Below the pieces are notes generated by a model. It was not told the DNA's origin. It ran no database searches and saw only the letters and a list, made by a program, of their open reading frames with translations. Source: Mobula hypostoma (taxonomy: Eukaryota). From it: DNA of 64,000 nt. Below, one piece after another: positions 13,720 to 25,608 of this stretch; within the stretch, counting starts at the first letter, position 1, and each line of letters begins with the position of its first letter. The position numbers were made by a program, and so were the translations under genes. Location of the stretch: NCBI RefSeq assembly GCF_963921235.1, contig NC_086108.1:72356001-72420000 (forward strand), given 5' to 3'.

Positions 13720-15182
13720 GCCGCAATAGGCCAATGGCAGACGCAATCTCAACGACTCTCCTCATGGCTTTAGACCCCTAGACAACACAAACACCTACGT
13801 CTGGATGCAGTTCATCGACTATAGCTCAGCATTTAATACCATCATTCCCATAATCCTGATTGAGAAGTTGCAGAACCTGGGTCTCTGTACCTCCCTTTGC
13901 AATTGTGTCCTCGACTTCCTAATCAGAAGACCACAGTCTGTGCGGATTGGTGATAACATCTCCTCCTCACTGACAATCAACACTGGAGCACCTCAGGGGT
14001 GTGTGCTTAGCCCAATGCTCTATTCTCTATATATACATGACTGTGTGGCTAGGCAGAGCTCAAATACCATCTATAAATTTGCTGACAATACAACCGTTGT
14101 TGGTAGAATCTCAGGTGGTGACGAGAGGGCGAAAGGTGTGAGATATGCCAACAGGTGGAGTGGTGCTGCAGCAACAACCTGGCACTCAACGTCAGTAAGA
14201 CAAAAAAGCTGATTGTGACTTCCGGAAGGGTAAGACGAAGGAGCACATACCAATTCTCATAGAAGGATCAGAAGTGGAGAGAGTGAGCAGCTTCAAATTC
14301 CTCAATGTCAAGATCTCCTAGGAGAAGATGGCGGCGCGACGCAGCACACAGCGGCCACTCCGGTGACACAATCCTGATTTGATGGAGACAGACGTGAGAG
14401 AATGGAGGAACATCTGGAGAAACTTCTGAAATGCCTTTTTCGCTGCCGCTGCTACTGCGTGATCCAGAATCTCCGGAGGGGAAGGCCCCAAGTCCTTGGC
14501 TTTGCTTGTTGCTCAGCGGCCGGGGTGGGGTCGAAGCACTCGGCAGAAATGGTGCTCGGTGCATGTTGTCGGAGGGCTGGTCAAAGGCTCGAAGTTTTCG
14601 GACGGACTTAGAGTCAGCTGTGGTCGGGTGCTTCCAACGCATCTGCAATTGTCGGCGCCTGGAGGTTTATGGCAGGGAGAGTTTTTCCTTTCTGCCGCCT
14701 GCTATCGGGGACTACCAGGAGTCGATCGGAACTTTGAGACTTTTTTTTTACCGTGCCCATGGTCTGCTCTTTATCAAATTATGGTATTACTTTGCACTGC
14801 TGTAACTATATGTTATAATTATGTGGTCTTGTCAGTGTTAGTCTTTGGTTTGTCCTTTTTTTGTGATATCACTCTGGAGGAACATTGTATCAATACATGC
14901 ATTTCTAAATGACAATAAACGAGGACTGAGTGTCCTCATAATCTAATCTCAGGATCTAACCTGGTCCCAACATACCAATGTAGTTATAAAGAAGGCAAGA
15001 CAGCGGCTATACTTCATTAGGAGTTTGAAGAGACTTGGCATATCAACAAATACTCTCAAAAATTTCTATAGTTGTACCGTGGAGAGCATTCTGACAGGCT
15101 GCATCACTGTCTGTTTGGAGGGGCTACTGCACAGGACCGAAAGAAGCTGCAGAAGGTTGTAAATCTAGTCAGCTCCATCTTG
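13720..15182 (+). mobile_element. Rex1/Babar-type LINE RT fragment, interrupted by the element at 14319-14950
   Basis: [13 protein letters not shown]...[17 protein letters not shown]...[11 protein letters not shown]. Confidence 0.85.
14319..14950 (+). mobile_element. ~630-bp non-autonomous retroelement, copy 2 (different subfamily)
   Basis: Starts AGGAGAAGATGGCGGCG; shares internal blocks (GAGGAACATCTGGAGAAA, CTGTAACTATATGTTATAATTATGTGG) and a CATAATCTAATCT tail; interrupts a Rex1-type LINE. Confidence 0.8.
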
Positions 15183-15406
15183 TAAGGACATGTTATAAGG
15201 ACAAATGCCTTACAACTAATTGAATTCTGAATGGTTTTGTCAATTTTTATCTATCTTTTCAGGACGTTAGTCATTTTGATCTGGCAACTTGAATGATGGA
15301 TTTGGCCATGCATCTGGAATTTACACAGTTGGTTAGTAAATAGATGATGCATTTTTGTAGCTATTTAACTAGCTTTCATGAAAACATCGAAACTCATTTA
15401 ATTAAT

Positions 15407-15823
15407 AAAGACAAGAGGTCCTGCAGATGAGTAAATAGTCAACAGTTGGGGCCGAAACTCTTCATCGGGACTGGAAAGGAAAGGGTGGGGGGGGGGGGGA
15501 GGAGAGATGCCAGAATAAGAAGGCAGGGAGAGGGGGAAAGGGTAATCTAGAAGATGATAGCTGAAGCCAAGGTGAATGGGTGAGGGGGTTGAAGTAAGAA
15601 GCTGGGCAGTGATAAGTGGCAAATGTAAAGGGCTGGCAAAGAAGGGGTCTGATACCTATCACCTTCTTGCTTGTCCTCCTCCCCCTACCCCTACCTTCTG
15701 GCATCTTCCCCCTTTCTTTCCAGTCCTGACGGATGGTCTTGGCCCAAAATGTTAACTGCTTATTCATTTCCATAGATGCTGCCTGGCCTGTCGAGTTCCT
15801 CCAGCATTCTGTGTGTGTGTTGA
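15407..15823. mobile_element. PLE-derived fold-back mini-element (two opposed terminal fragments)
   Basis: Purine-rich half then pyrimidine-rich half, each with a degenerate hammerhead motif; 13-bp TSD TCATTTAATTAAT at 15394-15406 and 15824-15836. Confidence 0.75.
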
Positions 15824-15929
15824 TCATTTAATTAATGTTCATGAAAAAAATTGCTATAAAATATTAGTAGGTAGTTATTTTTAAAATTCAATATTGTAGC
15901 ACAGTTTGTCTATATGAGGTACCAGCAAG

Positions 15930-16509
15930 CAGTAATGAAGGCAAGAAACTCCTTTATATTTGAGCATGCAAAGATTCAGCATGACATCCAGTACTTTAAC
16001 AAACTTCTATAGGTGTGTGGAAGACAGAATATTGACTGGTTGCATCACAGCCTGGTGTGGAAGCACCAATTCTCTTGAATGGAAAAGACTACAAAGAGTA
16101 GTGGATATGGCCCAGTCCATCGCGGGTAAAGTCCTGCCATCCTTTGAGCACGTCTACCTGGAGCGCTGTTGCAGGAGAGCAACATGCATGATCAGGGATC
16201 CTCAGCACCCAGGTCATGCTCTCTTCTCACTGCTGCCATCAGGAAGAAGGTACAGGAGCCTCAGGATCCACACCACCAGTTGCAAGAACAGTTATTACCC
16301 CTCCCCCCAACCAATAGGCTCTTGAACCAAGGGGTTCACTCTCCCTGTCGCTGAACTGTTACCACAACTTATGGACACACTTTCACAGACTCTTCACCTC
16401 ATGTTTTCGATATTTGTTGCTTATTTATTTGTTACTATTATTATCTTTTTCTCTTCTGCATTTGCCCAATTTGTTCTCTTTTACACATTGGGTGTTTGTC
16501 CATCCTAAT
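15930..16509 (+). mobile_element. Rex1/Babar-type LINE 3' fragment, split by the CR1 and resuming at ~20631-20750
   Basis: LTNFYRCVE..ILTGCITAW..., HPGHALFSLLPSGRRYRS; the 3' UTR continues after the CR1 and ends AATAAATTTGCCTTGAATTTTGAA. Confidence 0.8.
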
Positions 16510-16634
16510 TCAGGGTCTGAAACCGACAGAAGAGATGCCTGAGCCTGCGAAATCGGCTCCGAAGAAGAGTCTTTGGCGAGGAGGCTGACAGAGGGGACTA
16601 CGCCACAGTTGGAGAGGGTGAGAAGTGGTGAAGA

Positions 16635-17562
16635 GATGACCGCTGGGCTGATTCAGTGTGCTGCGTGCATGATGTGGGAGGTCAGGGACACTGATAGTGC
16701 CTCTGGCTCCTACACCTGTGGAAAATGTTTCCAGATTCAGCTTCTGAAGGACCATGTTGCAGCACTGGAGAGGCAACTGGATGACCTTAGGTTCATCTGG
16801 GAAAATGAGACTTTTCCGGACAGGACCTACAGTGAGGTTGTTACACCAAGGATACCGGAAGAGAGAAGGGGGGCGACAATGAGCAAGGAAAGGATGCTTG
16901 ACGTACAGGAGACCCCGGGGGATGTGCCTCTCGTAAACTGGTTCACCCTCTTGGAAGCTGTCGGGACAAAAGATGATGCCAGCCTGAAAGGCGGTCAGGT
17001 CTGAGAGTCAACAATTGGCGCTGAAGCAAAGCCGAGGAGACAGACGTCAGGCAGAGCCGTGGTAGTAGGGGACTCCATAGTGAGAGGTACAGAAAGGGGT
17101 TTCCGTGGCAACAGGTGAGATTTAAGGATGGTGTGTTGCCTCCCTGGTGCCGGGATCCAGAATGTCACAGACCGATTGCAGGGAATCCTCAAGAGTGAAG
17201 GTGAACATCCGGAAGTGGTGGTGCATGTCGGCACAAATGACATGGGGAAGAAGAGGAAAGACATTCTACAGCGTGACGTCAGAGAACTCGGAAGAAGGCT
17301 GAAAAGCAGGACTTCCAGGGTGGTTATCTCCGGTTTGCTTCCAGTTCCCCGTGCTAGAGTAGGCAAGAACAGGGAGATAATGGATCTGAATGTGTGGCTG
17401 AGGAACTGGTGCAGGAAGCAAGGATTTACATTCTTGGACCACTGGGGTATGTTTCAGGGTGAGGATGAATTGTACAAAAAGGACGGGTTGCACCTTAATA
17501 AGTGGAGAAGCAGCATTCTGGCAGGCAGGTTTGCCTCTACAACACGGGTGTGTTTAAACTAA
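16635..17562 (+). pseudogene. CR1 ORF1 (zinc finger/leucine zipper + SGNH esterase) with two in-frame stops
   Basis: ORFs 16573..17004 and 17128..17562 share a frame; TGA at 17002-17004 and 17116-17118. Confidence 0.85.
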
Positions 17563-17614
17563 GTAGTGGGGGGAGGGGACAAACTGGAAATATAAGGATG
17601 GAGATAAAGGGAAA

Positions 17615-20525
17615 GTGAGAATAAGAAAAGTTCAGAAAGACAACAGAATCAACAGAGCAGAAAGCTCAAGAAGGGATCGTACAGTATGGCCAAGTGAAAT
17701 AGGAATTGATATGGGAGGTGAGGGGAATAATGAATTAAAAGTATTATATACAAATGCACGGAGTATAAGAAATAAAGTGGATGAGCTTGAGGCACAGTTG
17801 GAAATTGGTAAGTATGATGTTGTGGGAATAACAGAGACATGGCTTCAAGTGGACAGGGCCTGGGAAATGAATATTCAAGGTTATACATCCTATCGAAAGG
17901 ACAGAATGATGGGCAGAGGGAGTGGGGTGGCTCTGTTGGTGAGGAATGATATTCAGTCCCTTGCGAGGGGGGCCATAGAATCAGGAGACGTAGAGTCAGT
18001 ATGGATAGAACTGAGAAATTCTAAGGGTAGAAAGACCCTAATGGGAGTTATCTACAGGCCCCCAAACAGTAGTCTGGATGTAGGGTGTAAGTTGAATCAA
18101 GAGTTAAAATTGGCATGTCGCAAAGGTAATGCTACAGTTGTTATGGGGGACTTCAACATGCGGGTAGGCTGGAGGAATCAGGTTGGTACTGGACCCCAAG
18201 AAAGGGAGTTTGTGGAGTCCCTCCGAGATGGATTCTTAGAACAGCTTGTACTGGAGCCTACCAGAGAGAAGGCAATTCTAGATTTAGTGTTGTGCGATGA
18301 ACCGGATTTGATCAGGGACCTCGAGGTAAAGGAGCCATTAGGAGGTAGTGACCATAATATGATAAGTTTTAATCTACAATTTGAGAGGGAGAAGGGAAAC
18401 TCAGAAGTGTCAGTATTACAGTTGAACAAAGGGAACTATGGTGCTATGAGGGAGGAGCTGGCCAAAGTTCAATGGAACAATACCCTAGCAGGGATGACAG
18501 TGGAACAGCAATGGCAAGCGTTTCTGGGAATAATGCGGAAGGTGCAGGATCAGTTCATTCCAAAGAGGAAGAAAGATCCTAAGGGAAGTAAGGGGAGGCA
18601 GTGGCTGACAAGAGAAGTAATGGACAGTATAAAAATAAAAGAGGAGAAGTATAACATAGCAAAGACGAGTGGGAAGCCGGAGGATTGGGAAACTTTTAAA
18701 GAGCAACAGAAGGTAACTAAAAAGGCAATACACGGAGAAAAAATGAGATATGAAGGTAAACTAGCCCAGAATACAAAGGAGGATAGTAAAAGCTTCTTTA
18801 GATATGTGAAAAGGAAAAAAAATAGTTAAGACCAAAATCGGGCCCTTGAAGACAGAAGCGGGTGAATTTATTAATGGGGAACAAGGAAATGGCAGACGAG
18901 TTGAACAGGTACTTTGAATCTGTCTTCACTAGGGAAGACACAAACAATCTCCCAGATATAATAGTGGTCAAAGGACCTGGGGTAATGGATGAATTGAACG
19001 AAATTTAGTTAGGCAGGAAATGGTGTTGGATAGGCTGTTGGGTCTGAAGGCTGATAAGTCCCCGAGACCTGATGGTCTGCATCCTAGGGTACTTAAGGAG
19101 GTAGCTTTAGAAATCGTGGATGCATCGGTAATCATTTTCCAATGTTCTATAGATTCAGGATCAGTTCCTGTGGTTTGGAGCGTGGCTAATGTTGTCCCTC
19201 TCTTCAAGAAGGGAGGAAGAAAGAAAACAGGGAATTATAGACCAGTTAGCCTGGCATCGGTGGTGGGAAAGATGCTGGAGTCAATTATAAAAGATGAAAT
19301 TACGACAAATCTGGATAGCAGTAACAGGATCGGTCTGAGTCAGCATGGATTTACGAAGGGGAAATCGTGCTTGACTAATCTTCTGGAATTTTTTGTGGAT
19401 GTAACTATGAAAATGGACAAGGGAAAGCCAGTGGATGTAGTGTACCTGGATTTTCAGAAAGCCTTTGATAAAGACCCACATAAGAGATTAGTGGGCAAAA
19501 TTAGGGCACATGGTAATGGAGGCAGAGTACTGACATGGATTGAAAATTGGCTGGCTGACAGAAAACAAAGAGTAGCGATTAACGGGTCCCTTTCGGAATG
19601 GCAGGCGGTGACCAGTGGGGTAGCGCAGGGTTCAGTGCTGGGACCGCAGCTGTTTACAATATATATTAATGATTTAGATGAGGGAATTAAAAGTAACATT
19701 AGCAAATTTGCAGATGACACAAAGCTGGGTGGTAGTGTGAAATGTGAGGAGGATGTTATAAGAATGCAGGGTGACTTGGACAGGCTGGGTGAGTGGGCAG
19801 ATGCATGGCAGATGCAGTTTAATGTGGATAAATGTGAGGTTATCCACTTTGGTGGTAAGAACAGGAAGGCAGATTATTATCTAAATGGAGTCCAGTTAGG
19901 AAAAGGAGAAGTACAACGAGATCTAGGTGTTCTTGTACATCAGTCACTGAAAGCAAGCATGCAAGTACAGCAGGCAGTGAAGAAAGCTAATGACATGCAG
20001 GCCTTCATAACAAGGGTAATTGAGTATAAGAGCAAAGAGGTCCTTCTGCAGCTGTACAGGGCCCTGGTGAGACCACGCCTGGAGTATCGTGTGCAGTTTT
20101 GGTCTCCAAATTTGAGGAAGGATATTCTTGCTATTGAGGGAGTGCAGCGTAGGTTCACAAGGTTAATTCCCGGGATGGTGGGACTGTCATATGTCGAAAG
20201 ATTGGAGCGACTGGGCTTGTATACTCTGGAATTTAGAAGGCTGAGAGGGGATCTTATTGAAACATACAAGATTATTAAGGGATTAGACACACTGGAGGCA
20301 GGAAGCATATTCCCGCTGATGGGTGAGTCCAGAACCAGAGGCCACAGTTTAATAATAGAGGGTAGGCCATTTCGAATGGAGTTGAGGAAAAACTTTTTCA
20401 CCCAGAGAGTGGTGGACATATGCAATGCTCTGCCCCAGAAGGCTGTGGAGGCCAAGTCTGGATGCTTTCAAGAAAGAGATGGATAGAGCTCTTAAAGATA
20501 GCGGAATCAAAGGTTATAGGGATAA
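17615..20525 (+). pseudogene. CR1 ORF2 (APE endonuclease + reverse transcriptase), frameshifted
   Basis: 404-aa and 488-aa ORFs separated by a disrupted zone at ~18820-19010 (A-run slippage, a stop); a further frameshift near 20458. Confidence 0.88.
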
Positions 20526-22144
20526 GGCAGGAACTGGATACTGATAGTGGATGATCAGCCATGATCACAGTGAATGGTGGTGCTGGCTTGAAGGGCCGAA
20601 TGGCCTACTCCTGCACCTACTGTCTATTGTCTTTTGGGTGTGGTCTTTCATTAATTCTATTGTGGTTCTTGGATTTACAGTATGCCCACAAGAAAACGAA
20701 TCTCGGGTTTGTATATGTACTTTGATAATAAATTTGCCTTGAATTTTGAATTAACTTCTAAACAATAATGTTTACTGACTAGATTTAATTAATTTAAATG
20801 TACCATTTTTGCATAGGAGCCATCCTGGATGATTTGCCATCATTTGGTCAGTGCAATTACCACTCAAAAACTGTTTAGCTGTAACCTTTTGAAGGAATGA
20901 TCAATTTAGCTGCATTGATCATTTGAAGACAGCCCTAACTAATGGCTGCAACTAAAATCCATTGTTCTTTACAACATATGTTATGTGCCAAGGAGTTGAG
21001 AAATAAATTATTTGCACTTTATATTGTTTTCACAAGGCAATTGACAGTCAATAAAATATTCATGAAGTTTGCTCACTGTTGTAATGAATGTAAACACAGA
21101 CTCAGGTCTCACCAACAGCAATAAAACAAAGGCTCCACATAGTGACACAGCAACTTCCAGCCAGAATTGGTATGATTGCGTAATCATGCTCACAACCCCA
21201 AATCTGCTGCTGGTATTGCTGTAAATCACCGATTTTATCCAACCACCCTCCACTCAATGTATTGCAACTGAAATCACAAAATAAAGAAACCGCAAGTGCT
21301 GGAAATCCCTCTCGGTAGAGTCAACATCTTTGTGAAGAGTTTTCGGATCAGAGAACCTTAGTCAGAACTAGCAAAACTAAGATGAAGTAAGGTATTTTTT
21401 AAGTTGCAGAAAAGCTACCAGTCAGAATGCACATAACAAAGGGAATATCCATAATCAGTGGAGACCAGGTAAAATGATTAATAATGCAATTAATAGAACA
21501 TAGAACATAGAATAGTACCGCACAGTACAGGGCCTTCAGCCCACAATGTTGTGCCGACCATCAAACCCTGCCTCCTATATAAACCCCCACTTTAAATTCC
21601 TCCATATACCTGTCTAGTAGTCTCTTAAACTTCACTAGTGTTTCTGCCTCCACCACTGACTCAGGCTGTGCATTCCACGCACCAACCACTCTCTGAGTAA
21701 AAAACCTCCCTGTAATATCCCCCTTGAAATTCCCACCCCTTACCTTAAAGCCATGTCCTCTTGTATTGAGCAGTGGTGCCCTGGGGAAGAGGCACTGGCT
21801 ATCCACTCTATCTACTCCTCTTATTATCTTATACATCTCCATCATGTCTCCTCTCATCCTCCTTCTCTCCAAAGAGTAAAGCCCTAGCTCCCTTAATCTC
21901 TGATCATAATGCATACTCTCTAAACCAGGCAGCATCCTGGTAAATCTCCTCTGTACCCTTTCCAATGCTTCCACATCCTTCCTATAGTGAGGTGACCAGA
22001 ACTGGACACAGTACTCCAAGTGTGGCCTAACCAGAGTTTTATAGAGCTGACAACAGGAATTCTGCAGATGCTGGAAATTCAAGCAACACACATCAAAGTT
22101 GCTGGTGAACGCAGCAGGCCAAGCAGCATCTGTAGGAAGAGGTG

Positions 22145-22182
22145 CAGTCAACGTTTCAGGCCGAGACCCTTCGTCAGGACTA
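22145..22182 (-). ncRNA. Minimal type I hammerhead ribozyme motif (intact core)
   Basis: Minus strand reads uaguc-CUGACGA-a-gggucucggccu-GAAAC-GUU-gacug: stem I, catalytic core, stem II and palindromic ACGU stem III. Confidence 0.75.
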
Positions 22183-22192
22183 ACCCTGACAT

Positions 22193-22230
22193 TAGTACTG
22201 ACGAAGGGTCTCGGCCTGAAACGTCGACTG
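22193..22230 (+). ncRNA. Minimal type I hammerhead ribozyme motif (GUC cleavage triplet)
   Basis: uagua-CUGACGA-a-gggucucggccu-GAAAC-GUC-gacug; one mismatch at the innermost stem I pair. Confidence 0.7.
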
Positions 22231-23867
22231 CACCTCTTCCTACAGATGCTGCTTGGCCTGCTGCGTTCACCAGCAACTTTGATGTGTGTTGCTTTTATAG
22301 AGCTGCATCGTTACATCGCGACTCTTAAACTCTATTCCTCGACTTATGAAAGCTAACACCCCATAAGCTTTCTTAACTACCCTATCTACCTATGAGGCAA
22401 CTTTCAGGGATCTGTGGACAGGTACCCCCAGATCCCTCTGCTCCTTCACACTACCAAGAATCCTGCCATTTACTTTGTACTCTGCCTTGGAGTTTGTCCT
22501 TCCAAAGTGTACCACCTCACACTTCTCCGGGTTGAACTCCATTTGCCACTCTCAGCCCACTTCTGCATCCTATCAATGTCTCTCTGCAATCTTTGACAAT
22601 CCTCTACACTATCCACAACACCACCAACCTTTGCATTGTCTGCAAACTTGCCAACCCACCCTTCTACCCCCACATCCAGGTCGTTAATAAAAATCACGAA
22701 AAGTAGAGGTCCCAGAACAGATCCTTGTAGGACACCACTAGTCACAATCCTCCAATCTGAATGTACTCCCTCCACCACCACCCTCTGCCTTCTGCAGGCA
22801 AGTCAATTCTGAATCCACCTGGCCAAACTTCCCTGGATCCCATGCCTTCTGACTTTCTGAATAAGGCTACCATGTGGAACCTTATCAAATGTCTTACTTA
22901 AATCTATATAGATCACATCCACTGCACTACCCTCATCTATATGCCTGGTCACCTCCTCAAAGAACTCTATCAGGCTTGTTAGACACGATCTGCCCTTCAC
23001 AAAGCCATGCTGGCTGTCCCTGATCAGACCATGACTCTCTAAATGCCCAGAGATCCTATCTCTAAGAATCTTTTCCAACAGCTTTCCCACCACAGATGTA
23101 AGGCTCACTGGTCTATAATTACCCGGACTATCCCTACTACCTTTTTTGAACAAGGGGACAACATTCACCTCCCTCCAATCCTCTGGTACCATTCCTGTGG
23201 ACAACGAGGACATAAAGATCCTAGCCAGAGGCTCAGCAATTTCTTCCCTCACCTCATGGAGCAGCCTGGGGAATATTCCATCAGGTCCCGGGGACTTATC
23301 CATCCTAATGTATTTTAACAACTCCAACACCTCCTCTCCCTTAATATCAACATGCTCCAGAACATCAACCTCAGTCATATTGTCCTCACCATCATCAAGT
23401 TCCCTCTCATTGGTGGATACCAAAGAGAAGTATTCATTGAGGACCTTGCTCACTTCCACAGCCTCCAGGCACATCTTCCCACCTTTATCTCTAATCGGTC
23501 CTACCTTCACTCCTGTCATCCTTTTTTTCTTCACATAATTGAAGAATGCCTTGGGGTTTTCCTTTACCCTACTCACCAAGGCCTTCTCATGCCCCCTTCT
23601 TGCTCTTCTCAGCCCCTTCTTAGTCTCCTTTCTTGCTTCCCTATATTCCTCAATAGACCCATCTGATCCTTGCTTCCTAAACCTCATGTATGCTGCCTTC
23701 TTCCACCTGACTAGATTTTCCACCTCACTTGTCACCCATGGTTCCTTCACCCTCCCATTCTTTATCCTCCTCACTGGGACAAATTTATCCCTAACATCCT
23801 GCAAGAGCTCTCTAAACATCGATCGGAGGAAAATTGTGCTCCCCTGATTCTCTGATGAGATCCATGG

Positions 23868-25160
23868 CATAAGGCCATAAGATATAGGAGCCAAATTAGG
23901 CTATTTGGCCCATTAAGTATACTCCACCATTTCATCATGGCTGATCTAATTTTTCTCTCAGCCTCAGTCTCTAGCATTCTCCCTATATCCCCTCATGCCC
24001 TGACTAATCAAGAATCTATCAACATTAAATATACATAAGGACTTGGCCTCTACTGCTGCCTGTGGAAAAGCATTCCACAGATTCACCACTCTCTGGTCAA
24101 AGAAATTCCTCCTCATCTCTGTTCTAAAAGGACGTCCCTCTATTCTGAGGCTGTGTGCTCTGGTCTTAGACACTCCCACCATAGGAAACATCCTCTTCAC
24201 ATCCACTCTGTTAAGGCCTTTCACCATTCGTTAGGTTTCAGTGAGGTCTCATTCTTCTGAATTCTAGTGAACGCAGGCCCAGAGCCATCAAACACTCTTT
24301 ATATGACAAGCCATTCAATCCTGGAATCATTTTCATAAACTTCCTTTGAACCTCTCCAAGTTCAACTCATTCTTTCTAAGATAAGGGCCCAGAACTGCTT
24401 ACAATACTCTCAAAGAGGCCTCACCAGGGCTTTATAAAATCTCAAAATTATAGTCTTGCTTTTATATCCTAGTCCTCTTGAAATGAAGGCTAACATCACG
24501 TTTGACTTCCTCACCACAGACTTAACTTGCAAATTAACCTTTAGGGAATCCTGCACAAAGACTCCCAAATTCCATTGTACCTCATTTTTTTTTTGTATTT
24601 TCTCTTCATTCAGAAAATTTCTGCTACCAAAGTGCATGAGCATACCTTACCTGACATTGTATCCCATCTACCATTTCTTTGCCCTATTTTACTAATCTAA
24701 GTCCTCCTCTAGCCTCTCTACATCTTCAAAACTACCTGCCCCTCCACCTATCTTCATATCCTCTGCAAACTTTTCAACAAAGCCATCAATTCCATCATCG
24801 AAATCATTGACATATAACATAAAAAGAATCGGTTCCAACACAGACCCCTGTGGAACACCACTGGTCACTGGCAGCCAGTCAGAAAAGGCTCTCTTTATTC
24901 ACAATCTTTGCCTCCTGCCAATCAGCCACTTTTTATCCATGCTAGAATCTTTCCAGTAATACCATAGCTTGTTAAGCAGCCTCATGCGTGGCACCATGTC
25001 AAAGGCCTTCTGAAATTCCAAGTACACAACATCAGCAGATTCTCCTTTGTCTATCCAGATTGTTATCTCTTCAAAGAATTCCAATAGAATTGTCAGGCAA
25101 GATTTTCCCTTGAGGAAACCATGCTGACTACTGCTTATTTTATCATGTGCCTCCAAGTAC
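23868..25160 (-). mobile_element. CR1 LINE 3' part
   Basis: QHGFLKGKSCLTILLEFFEE and RNFFDQRVVNLWN fragments; CATAAGGCCATAAGATA tail. Confidence 0.88.
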
Positions 25161-25164
25161 TGGT

Positions 25165-25608
25165 TGTAAGACAAAGTTTGGGCAAGGAATACTTCCTCAA
25201 CATCCATGAAAGATCCTCACCACCCAGGCCATGCACTTTTCTCACTGCTGCCATCAGGCAGAAGGCAGAAGAACCTCAGAACTTGCACCACCAGGTTCAA
25301 GAACAGTTACTACCCCTCAATCATCAGGCTCTTGAACAAAAGAGGATAACTATACTCAGTCTACTTCTGAGGTTCTTACAACTGATGGTCTCGCTTTAAC
25401 TACTCTTTATCTTGATATTTCATGCTCTCATTATTTATTGCAATTTATTTATATTTGCATTTGCACAGTTTGTTGTTCACTGATCCTGTTTACAGTTACT
25501 GTTCCATAGACTTGCTAAGTATGCCCGCAGAATAAAGAATCTCGGAGTTGGATGTGGTGACATGTATGTACTCTGATAATAAATATTACTTTGAACTTTG
25601 AACTTTGA
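25165..25608 (+). mobile_element. Rex1/Babar-type LINE 3' end
   Basis: HPGHALFSLLPSGR-type coding remnant and (CTTTGAA)n tail at ~25589-25608. Confidence 0.7.

Larger units (their letters stand above)
16510..20631 (+). mobile_element. Near full-length CR1 LINE (5' UTR, ORF1, ORF2, tail), inactivated by a few lesions
   Basis: ORF1: CAAC...CGKC zinc finger, heptad coiled coil, SGNH esterase motifs (VGDSIVRG, VHVGTND, DGLHLN). ORF2: APE (YTNARS, ITETWL, MGDFN, SDHN) and RT (YRPVSL, QHGF, LDFQKAFD, FADD). Tail CTACTGTCTATTGTCT. Confidence 0.93.
22050..22292. mobile_element. Palindromic PLE-derived mini-element inserted in CR1 RT
   Basis: 103-bp arms 22081-22183 and 22192-22294 (2 mismatches seen) with an 8-nt spacer; 13-bp TSD TTTTATAGAGCTG at 22037-22049 and 22293-22305; the CR1 sequence rejoins when the insert is removed. 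Confidence 0.9.
21493..23820 (-). mobile_element. CR1 LINE, 5'-truncated, different subfamily
   Basis: 363-aa minus ORF with KSPGPDG, NYRPVSLTS, QHGF; KFADNAKVGG; RPHLEYCVQFWSP; (TAGAACA)n tail at ~21493-21512. Confidence 0.92.

Noticed and set aside
19020..20486. 488-aa reverse transcriptase as a domesticated gene or prokaryote-like RT system
   Set aside because: Ordinary CR1 ORF2 fragment within a recognisable LINE; the window is vertebrate DNA with no operons or CRISPR arrays.
21561..22151. 196-aa ORF with an apparently novel N-terminus fused to CR1 RT C-terminus
   Set aside because: Chance in-frame fusion of the palindromic insert with a dead CR1.
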